From NCBI GenBank assembly GCA_950097015.1, contig CATNEN010000001.1, positions 12,152,001 through 12,216,000 on the forward strand: a DNA stretch of 64,000 bases, in the 5' to 3' direction. Position 1 is the first letter of the stretch, and every line of letters starts with the position of its first letter. The translations under genes were made by a program, and so were the position numbers. The stretch is from Macrostomum hystrix (Eukaryota; Animalia; Platyhelminthes). Below, in pieces: positions 50,002 to 63,133 of the stretch. The notes beneath the pieces are model-generated. The model was not told the origin of the DNA. It did no database searches and saw nothing but the letters and a program-made list of their open reading frames with translations.

Positions 50002-52193
50002 TCTAGCTATATCTAACAGTAGCGAATGCTTTTTTACGGTTTCTGACCTTATCAAACAAGCGAGATGCCTAAACAATCGCTAACGGTGACTTACGAGCGA
50101 AGCTTGATTGAAAAGTTTAGGCTAACAATTATTTTATTGCACTCTAAGCAATTATCATCACGGTGCGCCTCCAGTGGCAGGAAGTTCGCATTGATTTTGT
50201 AGATTCATTCTTGGAATGAAGAATAAGTTTAGCTTGATCCTGTCAAAACCACCAGCTCAGATGGCGCACTGCAGGCCCCCCTAAAAATGTTTGGCAGCAC
50301 AGTTTTCCGTCCCTGGGGACCCGTCTTGCCCCATAGAGCAACTCTGAAGCAAGTGTTTTTTTTACAATTTCCCAGCTGTTTTGTATTTTGCTCCCGCTGT
50401 CCACAGTAAGCCACCGGCCGCATGTTTCCTGTCTTCACCTCCCTCGGGAGGTAGCTCTGTGGTAGATGGAGAAGAGGTGGGTCAGACGCGACCGACGTTC
50501 CTGGAAAACCGACGAGGGTGCTCTCGGATTTTTTTAATCTTCTCAGCCACCGTTGCCGCCTACGCAACAATTTTTGTTCGTTCCTTTTTTATCTGAAATT
50601 GCGTGCCGTAGTTTTTTTCAAACGGAAGCCTTTCTAACCGACCTTGCGACTCTCGCCCTCCCTCGGGTGGCGGGAGTTCGCGAAATTTCATCTTCAATCA
50701 GCTCAGACAGCAGAAGCCAACACGGCGCAGATGAATGGGAAAGAATGGAAAATGAAAACCAACTGAGGCACTGGCCAGGGAGCTGGGGTGGACGGAGAGG
50801 ATTCGCAGATGGCCGGACTAGTGCACTGGCGATGTCTGATGCATAATTACTGAGTCCCGCATAGTGATCTGAGTCTTTCTGTCGATCATTGTCTGTTCTG
50901 TGCTCCAGTATTTACATCAGCCAACGCTGAACTGGCAGTTCTGTCTTCCTCTTAAAACTGTTTGCTTATCTCACACCTCCGCGTGAACACAGACTCCGGT
51001 GGAAATATGCCGTGCAATTCTCGGCGAGAAAGTTTTCCCGCAGTCAGAGTTAGCGGGGAGAGTGGGCAGGGAGCGAGTGCTGGCAAAGCAATTTTCAGCT
51101 AACAAAGCCTTGAATGGCCCTAGGGGAAGGAAGTTGCGGCCCCGCATGGGAGCAGTGAGTGAGATGGCCAGAGTCTGCTGGCATCGATTAATTTTTCCTG
51201 GCCCAACAACACCAAACATGAAGGGAAACCCCGATAGCGGGCCCCGAGCACAAAGGCTGCCTCTCTGTTGATAATAGCAGAAAAGCTGCAGTGTGTGTGG
51301 TCTCCACTCTCCCATCTTCTTTGCCCAATTTCAGAATTCGTGGCTCTTGCTAGAAAAATGCCTTCTTCCACTCCGGCATCGCTTGTTGATTTGTCCTTTA
51401 GCCTGGGTCCTGTCTCGACCTCTCCCCACTACACAGTCCACGAGTGGAGCCAATCCGTGGGGAGAAATGACTGGGCCCGTTCTCCCTCGTTGCGCCAGAA
51501 CATATCGCATATCGCTAATTTATCATAGGCAGAAATCATGCATATAAGCTGTAGGATTGGCCATCTGCAAAGGCACATGCAGATGACGGGCCTATCTTAT
51601 TTGCCTCCGATCCGCCTTAACCCCAGATTCTAGGCATCCAGGAATATCGCTCTAATGACAGCATAGCATTATAATTCGCTTGTTGGCTAGCGAAGAAGGC
51701 TAGTCCTCCGCCTCTGTCTATCGCTCTCAGTCTGTCTATCCATCAAATCTATACCGATAAAAAACTGGTCCTGGGGGTCGGCTCTCAGTACGGCGGCGCC
51801 TTCATCAGCGGAGGAAAATGATACAGCCATGGCATCAGGGAGGGGGTGGAGTGAAACTCTGAAGAATCACCATCAACACTTCAGTTCTTGCTGGAACTGT
51901 TCGGCAAGCTATTAACCTGTGCGCCCGGGGCACACACACAAACACATGCAACCGTACGCGTGAGTAACCAACCCCCTCCGCCTACTGACTTCCTGAGATT
52001 CAGAGCCAGCTCCGCTCACCATTGGTTCCTGGCGGTGCGACCAGTCCAGAAACGCAGCAGTCAGTTACAGGCTTACAAAACTGACTTTCCTCTAGTCCAT
52101 ATTCCTATCTTGCTTGCATCAGAAACCTGAACTAGCTTGGCTTCATTGGCTTTCGTTTACTCTGACACTTAACTCATCAAACAGGTCAGCGTC

Positions 52194-53543
52194 ATGGCCT
52201 CCAACATGACCCGCCTGCAGTTGGAAGAGCAGCTTGGCAAAGTCATGTTCAATAATTTGAATCGCTACTTTCTCAGCTGGTATTTGCCGCTGGTTCTGCT
52301 AGTCGGCACCATCGGCGGTCTGTTCTGTACTCTATTCATCTTCATGTCGAAAATGTTCCCCAAGATCATACAGGTGTGGCTCGTAAGCATCTGCATCGGC
52401 GACTTCATGATACTAGCCTGGGACGCCGGAAGGATGTTCGTCAAGCAGGCGTTCAACATTGACTTCCGAGACGAGGGCCTGGTGATCTGCAAGATGCAGG
52501 TCTACCTCAGTAACTTCTTCTTCTACTGGAGCGCCTACAACCAGGCCGCCATCTCCGTGCAGCGTCTGGTTTTCATTGCCTCGCCGCTGAGGGCTAGGAC
52601 CCTGCTAAGCACGCAGCGAGTGTTCGCCATCTGGGGCTGCATGACGATTCTGCTGCTGTTCCCAAACATCACCTACCTGATCTACTGGCACATCGGCGAG
52701 CGAAACGACTGCGAACCAGTGAACAAGTGGTTCTACTATGTGACCACTCTGGTGCACCTGGTGGTGTGGGGCATCATACCGCTGGCCTCCATGCTCATCT
52801 GCACCGGCTGCATCTCTTATCGCCTGGTGGCCTACAAGCGAAGCGGCCACTTCAAGGACGACAAGAAGAAGACTCAGCGCAGCGAGTCTCGAGCGCTGAA
52901 GCCGCCGGCGCTGATTGGAGGCCGACGGCACGGCTCGGACCAGGGCGCTCACGTGACCCGCCTACTGGTGTGCATGAACCTATTCTACCTGTGCACCACC
53001 TTTCCACTGCTAATCTACATGATGGATCTGAACTTCCGCTTGGAGAACAATGTCGGAGAAACCATTGCTAGGAGCCTGCACAAGTTCTATTATTACCTGT
53101 TCCGCTCGCTGTGCTTCCTGAATGCCAGCCTGAACTGGGTGTTCTACTGCGCCGCTGGCAAGATCTTCCGTCAGAAGTCCAAGCAGATTCTCTACCGGAT
53201 ATTCTGCGGCAGAGCCGCCGCTGCCGTCGCATTTGGCACTGGGTCGCAGCCGAGGTCGACCCTGGGCAACTGCCAGCATCATCTCGTGCACACCAGGCGA
53301 AGCGGGCCCCGCGGCAGCGCCGCAGCTCTTGGCAGCGATGTCATGGGTGGCGTCATCGGTGGCAGCTCGGAGATCCTCAGCGCGATGACGCCAACCGGCG
53401 CGCCGGCTGTCATCACTGGAACATCAGCTAACGTTGGCTACCAGCTGTCCCTGACAGAGTTCGGCAACCACAGCTCCAGGCGCATCCCGGACTGCGAGCT
53501 GCAGGAGGCAATTCAGCGCTTACAGCAGGAAGATCGTCTTTGA
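52194..53543 (+). CDS. Class A (rhodopsin-like) GPCR, orphan peptide-receptor type, single coding exon, 449 aa
   Basis: Seven hydrophobic segments. TM3 Cys (VICK) and ECL2 Cys (NDC), ISVQRL..SPLRA at the DRY position, CTTFP in TM6, NASLNWVFY..G..FR in TM7/H8, N-glycosylation site NMT. A possible acceptor AAACAG lies 9 nt before the ATG. Confidence 0.95.
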   Translation: MASNMTRLQLEEQLGKVMFNNLNRYFLSWYLPLVLLVGTIGGLFCTLFIFMSKMFPKIIQVWLVSICIGDFMILAWDAGRMFVKQAFNIDFRDEGLVICKMQVYLSNFFFYWSAYNQAAISVQRLVFIASPLRARTLLSTQRVFAIWGCMTILLLFPNITYLIYWHIGERNDCEPVNKWFYYVTTLVHLVVWGIIPLASMLICTGCISYRLVAYKRSGHFKDDKKKTQRSESRALKPPALIGGRRHGSDQGAHVTRLLVCMNLFYLCTTFPLLIYMMDLNFRLENNVGETIARSLHKFYYYLFRSLCFLNASLNWVFYCAAGKIFRQKSKQILYRIFCGRAAAAVAFGTGSQPRSTLGNCQHHLVHTRRSGPRGSAAALGSDVMGGVIGGSSEILSAMTPTGAPAVITGTSANVGYQLSLTEFGNHSSRRIPDCELQEAIQRLQQEDRL

Positions 53544-54944
53544 GTACTATTGAGCTCATCCAGCTGCGGTAGACATACAAGTTGACTAGTTCTTAAAACC
53601 ACGGTGGATATTTTAAATACCCACGGCCTACTTCACGACAGCTCCCAAACTGAATGACCGATTTTCGAGAAAGTCCACCATATGGATCAAAATTTACGAA
53701 TCCATATTGGTTTAATATTTTTTTTAATATAATAGTATCTGTATACAAAATAATAAACAATTCATGAGGAGATTTTGTGAGGAGACAAACTGTACCTATA
53801 TTGGTGGATTTTTCCACCAGACACCCCGATAGTTCTTTATTCTGGAGGTTCTTCCAGTTTTTTATGGTGATATATAAGTTTAATATTTTTTAGATATAGA
53901 AAAATCGAGGGTATTTAAATATCCATTGGCCTTTCTACTGTTAATGGGGCTGTGAATTCCGCACCTGATGATTGTCCACTGAGTTCTTACACACAAGAAC
54001 TGACGATGCACAAACTGACCAGAATGTTGTCTATTTTTAACTGCATTGTTTAATGTCAATTTCATGCACTGTCTGTTTGTTTAATTTAATTATCATTATA
54101 AGTTATTGTAAGTCTGAAATATTGTTGTTTTCAACTCACGAAATTCTAAGCTGTTAAACTACGATATATATATAAGCTGTTAAACTCGTATATCTATTTT
54201 ACTATATAATTCGATATTATAAGCCACCAGCTTGTGATGTTTTGTGTCAACATTCTTTATTGTGCAACAAACTGCAAATCTTCAGATATTAAAAACTCCA
54301 CGGCCAGGTTAATTAGGCATTCCGGAAATTTTGTTTAACTTCTCTTTAGCGCAAGTCATTGTTGTCAAGCTATTCAAATTCTTCGCGTCCTAAACTGTAT
54401 TATATGGTATATTTTTGCTAAATTTCATTCAAAAATGCTTTATTTTGTCGTCTTTTAACAAAAAAGAAACTTTACAGCGATTGGTTATTACGTTCTTCGT
54501 TAAAAAGGCATTACTAACACTTCTTATTGATATCTAGTTTAGCTTAGTCATCAATTCAAACTTTTAGCTACTCTCACGAACCTGTCGTCGAGAAATCACT
54601 CAGTTTATAACTTTAATCCCGTGTCTCCTTTAATCCGGGCGCGTCTCCCATCTCCTCACCTTCTCCCCAGGGGGTTTGGAGATAAGAAAAAATTGCACTT
54701 GGGGTTTTTTGAATCCTGCGTTTGCACCGAACCTGAAACTTGAAATCGCTTCCACACCTGATCGGCTTCATTTTCCTGTCTCTATGATTTCCATTAGCCT
54801 GGGGGGTTTAAAATTAGTCGCGACACTTCTCCGAAGTCTTGATTCTAAATCCCGTAGATCCGGTTCAGTAATTTTAAGCATTTATGCTCACCTGCTCACC
54901 TGCTCAAGGTGTACTATTAGCTTCTTGGCTGACTCAAAGACTTT

Positions 54945-55177
54945 GGTTCCGGCGAACTTGAGTTCAGGCAAACTTTGGTTCAGGCGAACTTTGCTACAGG
55001 CAAACTTTGGTTCAGGCGAACTTTGGTTCAGGCAAACTTTGGTTCAGGCGAACTTTGCTACAGGCAAACTTTGGTTCAGGCGAACTTTGGTTCAGGCAAA
55101 CTTTGGTTCAGGCGAACTTTGGTTCAGGCAAACTTTGGTTCAGGCGAACTTTGCTACAGGCAAAATTTGGTTCAGGC
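54945..55177 (+). repeat. 16-bp minisatellite CAGGC(G/A)AACTTTG(GTT/CTA)
   Basis: About 14 tandem units. Confidence 0.93.
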
Positions 55178-55609
55178 CTTCCCAGTGTCTTTCCATTCCT
55201 TATTTTATACTGAGGAAACAAAGAAACAATTAGGGAAACTCCACTACAGCTGTCGGATGTTAGTGCTCAAAGTGCTCAATCTATTCCTGTATTGTCAAGT
55301 CCTATTAGAGCAAGTGGAGTGACTGTTTTGTTGGACGCCACAAACCATTATGGGTCACTCTAAAATACTATTCTTTTACTCATTAATTCAACAATGAACT
55401 AGTCATTCAGAGGCAGTGGTATCTAGCATGTTTTGTACCAGAAATTTGTAGGGCAAATGTCTGTAGTACATAGAAAGAGTATTTAGAGAGAAAATTACTT
55501 TTCGAGTGCGTGTACTCAGAAACTAGAGTGTGGGCGTCTGAACGGGTATCTGAATAAGGAAATTCTTTCGGATAGAAGAGAAATTAAGAAGAGTTAGGTT
55601 CGAAAAAGT

Positions 55610-56271
55610 ACAGTGTGAGAAGTAGAGTGTGAGAAGTAGAGTGTGAGAAGTAGAGTGGGAGAAGTAGAGTGAGAGAAGTAGAGTGGAAGAAGTAGAGTGG
55701 GAGAAGTAGAGTGGGAGAAGTAGGGTGGGGGAAATAGAGTGGGAGAAGTAGAGTTGGAGAAATAGAGTGGGAGAAGTAGAGTTGGAGAAGTAGACTGGGA
55801 GAAGCAGAGTGTGAGAAGTAGAGTGGGAGAAGTAGAGTGGGAGAAGTAGAGTGGGAGAAGTAGAGTGGGAGAAGTAGGGTGGGGGAAATAGAGTGGGAGA
55901 AGTAGAGTTGGAGAAATAGAGTGGGAGAAGTAGAGTTGGAGAAGTAGACTGGGAGAAGCAGAGTGTGAGAAGTAGAGTGGGAGAAGTAGAGTGGGAGAAG
56001 TAGAGTGGGAGAAGTAGAGTGGGGGAAATAGAGTGGGAGAAGTAGAGTGGGAGAAGTAGAGTGGGGGAAATAGAGTGGGAGAAGTAGAGTGGGAGAAGTA
56101 GAGTGGGAGAAGTAGGGTGGGGGAAATAGAGTGGGAGAAGTAGAGTTGGAGAAATAGAGTGGGAGAAGTAGAGTTGGAGAAGTAGAGTTGGAGAAGTAGA
56201 GTGGGAGAAGTAGAGTGGGAGAAGTAGAGATGGAGAAGTAGAGTGGGAGAAGTAGAGTGGGAGAATTAGAG
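55610..56271 (+). repeat. 14-bp purine-rich minisatellite GAGAAGTAGAGTGG
   Basis: About 47 units, with a variant block repeated at 154-bp spacing (55721 and 55875). Confidence 0.95.
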
Positions 56272-56704
56272 TAAAAAATATCTTAGGAGAAGCAGTTCAT
56301 TTATAGAAAATGACAAGCCAAAAATGAGCAGCATCATCATTAGCAATTCGTATTGTTGATAAAAAAATTCAGTGCAGATCAGAGGAAAGCCTAGCAAACA
56401 GAATTGCTCATGAGCTGACGTCAAATTGACCAACTCAGCCAATTGGGGCGTAGCGTTTGGATAGAAGGAAGGGGGAGATAGGGTCCGCTAGAAATTTTTT
56501 CCAACCCGTAAGCCAGATACAAAAGTTAGGAGAACCGATCGTTTGCATTTTTTCTTTTGCTGGACCAGATGGTTTTACAATTCTCTCTGATTTATCGGTC
56601 GAGGCCATATGTCGGCGAGATTTTACCAACGACCATTTATAGAAGGCTATAATAGGCCAACAATGCACCGCCACATCTATAGAGGATACATAGGTATAGA
56701 TATG

Positions 56705-56706
56705 AT

Positions 56707-56782
<76 letters not shown>

Positions 56783-56784
56783 GG

Positions 56785-56866
<82 letters not shown>

Positions 56867-56868
56867 GG

Positions 56869-56942
<74 letters not shown>

Positions 56943-56944
56943 GG

Positions 56945-57010
<66 letters not shown>

Positions 57011-57012
57011 GG

Positions 57013-57065
<53 letters not shown>

Positions 57066-57084
57066 CATAGATAGATAGATAGGG

Positions 57085-57126
<42 letters not shown>

Positions 57127-57128
57127 GG

Positions 57129-57190
<62 letters not shown>

Positions 57191-57192
57191 GG

Positions 57193-57274
<82 letters not shown>

Positions 57275-57276
57275 GG

Positions 57277-57346
<70 letters not shown>

Positions 57347-57348
57347 GG

Positions 57349-57405
<57 letters not shown>

Positions 57406-57424
57406 CATAGATAGATAGATAGGG

Positions 57425-57466
<42 letters not shown>

Positions 57467-57476
57467 GGAGATAGAT
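56705..57476 (+). repeat. (GATA)n microsatellite with periodic AGGG interruptions
   Basis: About 770 nt of GATA repeats. Confidence 0.98.
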
Positions 57477-57800
57477 AATAGATAGACAGATAGATTACAA
57501 CTTTAGATAGATAGATAGACAGATAGATTACAACTTTAGATAGATAACGCTTTACAACTTTTACTGCATTGAACTTGCTTCAAAATGCGGCCTTCTTAAC
57601 TTTCACACTAGAAGTTGTAAAACCAACTAGAAAACTAATTTTTCTTTACTGCAAAGAGCTTTATCTGGGACAAAATTATCTCGTTGCAATCGCATTTAAT
57701 ATTCCATTTTAACAACTAAAAAACTGGCTAAACTCGAATTGAAATTTACTGCTTCGAAATTAATAATTGATAAGAAAGAGTGGTACAGTAAAACAATCAA

Positions 57801-57905
57801 GGCCAACCTCCAAGGCACAGTGAGAGTGTACACTGCCTGACGATGAGAGTCAGGGCAGATGTACACACCTGTGTGCTCAGGAGTCAGCGGAATGGGCAGA
57901 ATTGC
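57801..57905 (+). mobile_element. Internal fragment of SINE family 1
   Basis: ggccaacctccaaggcacagtgagagtgtacactgc..tgtgctcaggagtcagcg..ggcagaattgc matches 48888-49032 with a deletion. Confidence 0.85.
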
Positions 57906-58202
57906 GGAATAATTAAACTGGTTGCCATTTAAACAGCGCTTTGAATGTGATTTGAATGTTTTAATGCGGTAGAAATCATTTTCTCGACACGCTACTTAAC
58001 AGTAGTGTCCAAAACAAACGAATTCCTAGCTCAACCTGACGCAGCTGAAACTCGTTATCAACCAATAGGGAGAGAGCCAAGTATTTATTGGTTGATAACA
58101 GTGCTGCACAATTGTCTATATTAGAATGATGAATATTGCTTTCCCAGATTCGACACAGGACTGCTACCATAGACTAAATAGAAGTGCCTAGATAGAGAAG
58201 AA

Positions 58203-58282
58203 ATGTCACATTTGATCTTTTTACTTTTATCGTGCCTGCTGCAATGCTCTTCATCCAATATTAATAGCTGGAGAGACATCGA

Positions 58283-58313
<31 letters not shown>

Positions 58314-58406
58314 TACTTCACACCTTACTGGGCTGTTCAAATAGCTGGTGGAGTGGCTGCCGCAAAAGAGGTGGCGAGAAAACACGGATTTTGCTTTGTT
58401 GGACAG
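58203..58406 (+). CDS. First coding exon of a furin-like proprotein convertase (signal peptide plus start of the S8 prodomain); partial gene
   Basis: MSHLIFLLLSCLLQCSS signal, then FTPYWAVQIAGGVAAAKEVARKHGFCFVGQ, matching the furin prodomain pattern FT.xWAV.I.GG...A..VARKHGF...GQ. Ends at a phase-0 donor CAG|GTGAG. Confidence 0.88.
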
Positions 58407-58551
58407 GTGAGCACTGTGAAGTCGCTTTTGATTCTCTGAATAAAACTCTGGATGTCAGAAATAATTGACGATATTAGATAAGGGTCCAGAACTTTTTGAT
58501 TTGTTGTCAAGTATGTCAGAAAAATCTGACTATTAATTGAAGTGTTTATGG

Positions 58552-60096
58552 TCAGAACTCTCTGACTGAAACTAGAATATGTCAGAACTCTCTGACTGAA
58601 ACTAGAATGTGTCAGAACTCTCTGACTGAAACTAGAATATGTCAGAACTCTCTGACTGAAACTAGAATATGTCAGAACTCTCGGACTGAAACTAGAATAT
58701 GTCAGAACTCTCTGACTGAAACTAGAATATGTCAGAACTCTCTGACTGAAGCTAGAATATGCCAGAACTCTCTGACTGAAACTAGAATATGTCAGAACTC
58801 TCTGACTGAATCTAGAATATGTCAGAACTCTCTGACTGAATCTAGAATATGACAGAACTCTCTGACTGAAGCTAGAATATGTCAGAACTCTCTGACTGAA
58901 ACTAGAATATGTCAGAACTCTCTGACTGAAACTAGAATATGTCAGAACTCTCTGACTGAATCTAGAATATGTCAGAACTCTCTGACTGAAACTAGAATAT
59001 GCCAGAACTCTCTGACTGAAACTAGAATATGTTAGAACTCTCTGACTGAATCTAGAATATGTCAGAACTCTCTGACTGAAACTAGAATATGTCAGAACTC
59101 TCGGACTGAAACTAGAATATGTCAGAACTCTCGGACTGAAACTAGAATATGTCAGAACTCTCTGACTGAAGCTAGAATATGTCAGAACTCTCTGACTGAA
59201 ACTAGAATATGTCAGAACTCTCTGACTGAAACTAGAATATGTCAGAACTCTCTGACTGAATCTAGAATATGTCAGAACTCTCTGACTGAATCTAGAATAT
59301 GACAGAACTCTCTGACTGAAACTAGAATATGTCAGAACTCTCTGACTGAAACTAGAATATGTCAGAACTCTCTGAATGAAACTAGAATATGTCAGAACTC
59401 TCTGACTGAAGCTAGAATATGTCAGAACTCTCTGACTGAAACTAGAATAAGTCAGAAGTCTCTGACTGAAGCTAGAATAAGTCAGAACTCTCTGACTGAA
59501 ACTAGAATATGCCAGAACTCTCTGACTGAATCTAGAATATGTCAGAACTCTCTGACTGAAACTAGAATATGCCAGAACTCTCTGACTGAATCTAGAATAT
59601 GTCAGAACTCTCTGACTGAAACTAGAATATGTCAGAACTCTCTGACTGAAACTAGAATATGTCAGAACTCTCTGACTGAAACTAGAATATGTCAGAACTC
59701 TCTGACTGAATCTAGAATATGTCAGAACTCTCTGACTGAATCTAGAATATGACAGAACTCTCTGACTGAAACTAGAATATGTCAGAACTCTCTGACTGAA
59801 ACTAGAATATGTCAGAACTCTCTGAATGAAACTAGAATATGTCAGAACTCTCTGACTGAAGCTAGAATATGTCAGAACTCTCTGACTGAAACTAGAATAA
59901 GTCAGAAGTCTCTGACTGAAGCTAGAATAAGTCAGAACTCTCTGACTGAAACTAGAATATGCCAGAACTCTCTGACTGAATCTAGAATATGTCAGAACTC
60001 TCTGACTGAAACTAGAATATGCCAGAACTCTCTGACTGAATCTAGAATATGTCAGAACTCTCTGACTGAAACTAGAATATGTCAGAACTCTCTGAC
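58552..60096 (+). repeat. 30-bp minisatellite GTCAGAACTCTCTGACTGAAACTAGAATAT, about 51 copies, in the convertase intron
   Basis: Exact 30-bp register across the array. Confidence 0.98.
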
Positions 60097-60835
60097 TCTC
60101 TCCTTTCAGTCAGTCAGTCTGGCATCATATTTCTTAGAAACACTCCGTGTTTGTTTTTGTTTTCCACTGAAATCCCAGCGGACATAAGTATTATTCCCAA
60201 GCTCAGCGTGAGTGACATTTGATTAACCCCCTTGGGGGCACCTATTGAATGCTGGTAACAATCCCAATGTCGCATTGTGGCAAAGTCTTGTCTTGCACAA
60301 TTCAGACATAATTCAAACAAATATCCACGTTTCCTCATTGTTTAGATCTGAATTCAAAGCATGGTTATAGCGTGTTGGCATGCTTCATGCTAATTAGTCC
60401 ACTCGACTATAGTTTTATTTGTCCCACTGGAAATGAAAATTCTGTCCATTAGCTTAGCTTCAAGCCTAGACTATTTGAGCAGTTTGTGCTCAGCTCACTA
60501 CAAAGTCCGAAGAACCTCCAGAGAAGCGAATGAGAGAGCAGTGGGAGAGGCTGAGACAGAGGCGTGACATTTCACGGCTTTTCACGCTGTTTAGCCTCTG
60601 TTTTAGACGTAGTCATATTCCAATTTCCAGCACCTGATAAGCTTCTCAGAGCGATAAAATATGCTTTGATGAAGATGGCTAGCGGTTTGCCATGAATTTC
60701 ACACTGAAGTTAGTGCTTTTTGCTTAGATAAAATCATAGCACTGATATGTAACTATTGCTTGTTTTTATTGAACCAATTATCTATTTATCTAGCAACGTG
60801 TGACTCACCACTTCAATCATTTATTAAAATTCTCT

Positions 60836-61570
60836 CTCTGTCTCACCCCGTCATTCTTTCTCACCCCTTCCTCTCTGTCTCACCCCATCATTCTTTCTCA
60901 CCCCCTTCATTCTTTCTCACCCCTTCATTCAGTCTCACCCCTTCATTCTTTCTCACCCCTTCATTCTTTCTCACCCTTCCTCTCTGTCTCACCCCTTCAT
61001 TCTTTCTCACCCTTCCTTTCTGACTCACCCCTACATTCTTTCTCACCATTCCTCTCTGTCTCACCCTTTCATTCTTTCTCACCCTTCCTCTATTTCTCAC
61101 CCTTCTCTCTTTCTCACCCTTCTCTCTTTCTCACCCTTCTCTCTTTCTCACCATTCCTCTCTGTCTCACCCTTTCATTCTTTCTCACCCTTCCTCTATTT
61201 CTCACCCTTCTCTCTTTCTCACCCCTTCTTTCTTTCTCACCCCTTCTCTCTTTCTCACCCCTTCTCTCTTTCTCACCCCTTCTTTCTTTCTCACCCCTTC
61301 TCTCTTTCTCACCCTTCTCTCTTTCTCACCCCTTCTTTCTTTCTCACCCCTTCTCTCTTTCTCACCCTTCCTTTCTTGTTCTCACCCCCCTCTCTTTCTC
61401 ACCCTTCTCTCTTTCTCACCCTCCTCTCTTTCTCACCCTTCTCTCTTTCTCACCCCTTCTCTCTTTCTCACCCCTTCTCTGTTTCTCACCCCTTCTCTCT
61501 TTCTCACCCTTCCTCTCTTTCTCACCCTTCTGTCTTTCCCCCTTCTTCCCCCTTCACCCCTTCTCTCAAC
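60836..61570 (+). repeat. CT-rich degenerate minisatellite (CTCACCCCTTC..CTTT, about 17-18 bp)
   Basis: Polypyrimidine tandem units. Confidence 0.9.
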
Positions 61571-62751
61571 CCCTAGCACAACACTGCCTCGTTAAGTTTT
61601 ACATTTTGAAGTTTTTTTTAAATTCCCTTAAACTTAAAATTTTTGGTTAAATTGGTACTCTTAGTTTGAACTGAACAAAAAATTAGCATCATTTGAGAAC
61701 AGCTAAGCAAACTAGCAAATATTTCTCTATAAAGAGGCCGCTGCGTGACTCAAAAGCATTCATCGTCTCCTTCTTCTCCTCATTTTTTCCTTTGTTGCCA
61801 TTTTGAGCGGCCCGTTTTATTATTACTATTTACATTAGGAATCCTTCCCACTTAGTCTAGGCTCCCTTCAGCTCAGTGTTTGGCAAAGCCATTGTGTGCC
61901 TCGAAGCATTGCGTGTGACTCCAACTCGGCAGTGTTCTCAAGAATTTCATTATTTGTATTTTAAAAAAAGCCGAGCTCCTACACTGCTCAAACACTTCAA
62001 GCTACCGATGGAGAGAGAGAGAGGAAAACTCGCACTCAAAATGCCTCTCGTCATCTCATCTCTGAGCATGGGTCTGGATTTATTTCTGAGCTAGCTACTG
62101 TTACTCAAGAGACCAGAAAATGAAGAGTTGGCCAGTAAAAAAGGCTTACTATATTCATGCAAGCTGAATCACCAACTATACCCTCCAGCCGTGCGCCCTA
62201 AGATCAATAAACTAATTAAAGCCTGAGTGTTGCCACAATGTCACACTTTCGATCTGCCCGCCGCAACACTTATAGGGAGGGTTGGAGGGCGTTTTTATTA
62301 TTCTCAAGTCAAAGTTTATTTGCTTATAAACAATTACTCATTTGAATATATTTGTTTGTGTTTGTATCATCTCTATCATTTCAAATTAATTTCAATAAGA
62401 TTAGAGAGAGGAAGACAAAAGGCTAGATAGCGTGGTCATTTTTATATGTTGTGTCACAGCCTTTTAAATCTAGTCATACCCAAATACGCCACTAGGCACA
62501 CACACAGCATTGCCTATTCATAAGCCCTATTGATTTTTTGTAACAAACTCCATATAGCACTAAACACTCCTCATGTCCAGATGATGTGTGACTGTGTCAA
62601 GCATTATTTATTGATTATTATGAAAAACCCCAAAAAACTGCATTTGGAAAGCTATAATCACGTGGTTTAATTACTTAGACATTAGTTTCCTTCGAATCGA
62701 TACTTCACTGAACGGAAAACGTTGTGTGCTACTGAAATTTAAAGGATATAA

Positions 62752-63133
62752 TACTGGCATTGCTGATGGTCTAGTACTGGCATTGCTGATGGTCTAGTAT
62801 TGGCATTGCTGATGGTCTAGTACTGGCATCGCTGATGGTCTAGTACTGGCATTGCTGATGGTCTAGTATTGGCATTGCTGATGGTCTAGTACTGGCATTG
62901 CTGATGGTCTAGTACTGGCATTGCTGATGGTCTAGTACTGGCATTGCTGATGGTCTAGTATTGGCATTGCTGATGGTCTAGTACTGGCATTGCTGATGGT
63001 CTAGTACTGGCATTGCTGATGGTCTAGTACTGGCATTGCTGATGGTCTAGTACTGGCATTGCTGATGGTCTAGTACTGGCATTGCTGATGGTCTAGTATT
63101 GGCGTTGCTGATGGTCTAGTATTAGCATTGCTG
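62752..63133 (+). repeat. 23-bp minisatellite TACTGGCATTGCTGATGGTCTAG
   Basis: About 16 tandem units. Confidence 0.96.

Noticed and set aside
56637-57408. YLSI repeat ORFs, and the Ser/Phe/Pro-rich ORF at 60800-61576
   Set aside because: Translations of (GATA)n and CT-rich simple repeats.
60480-60610. Possible exon 2 of the convertase (..EKRMREQWERLRQRRDI..)
   Set aside because: Lacks the expected Y-H-F and W-x-EQQ..R-x-K-R prodomain motifs; similarity too weak.
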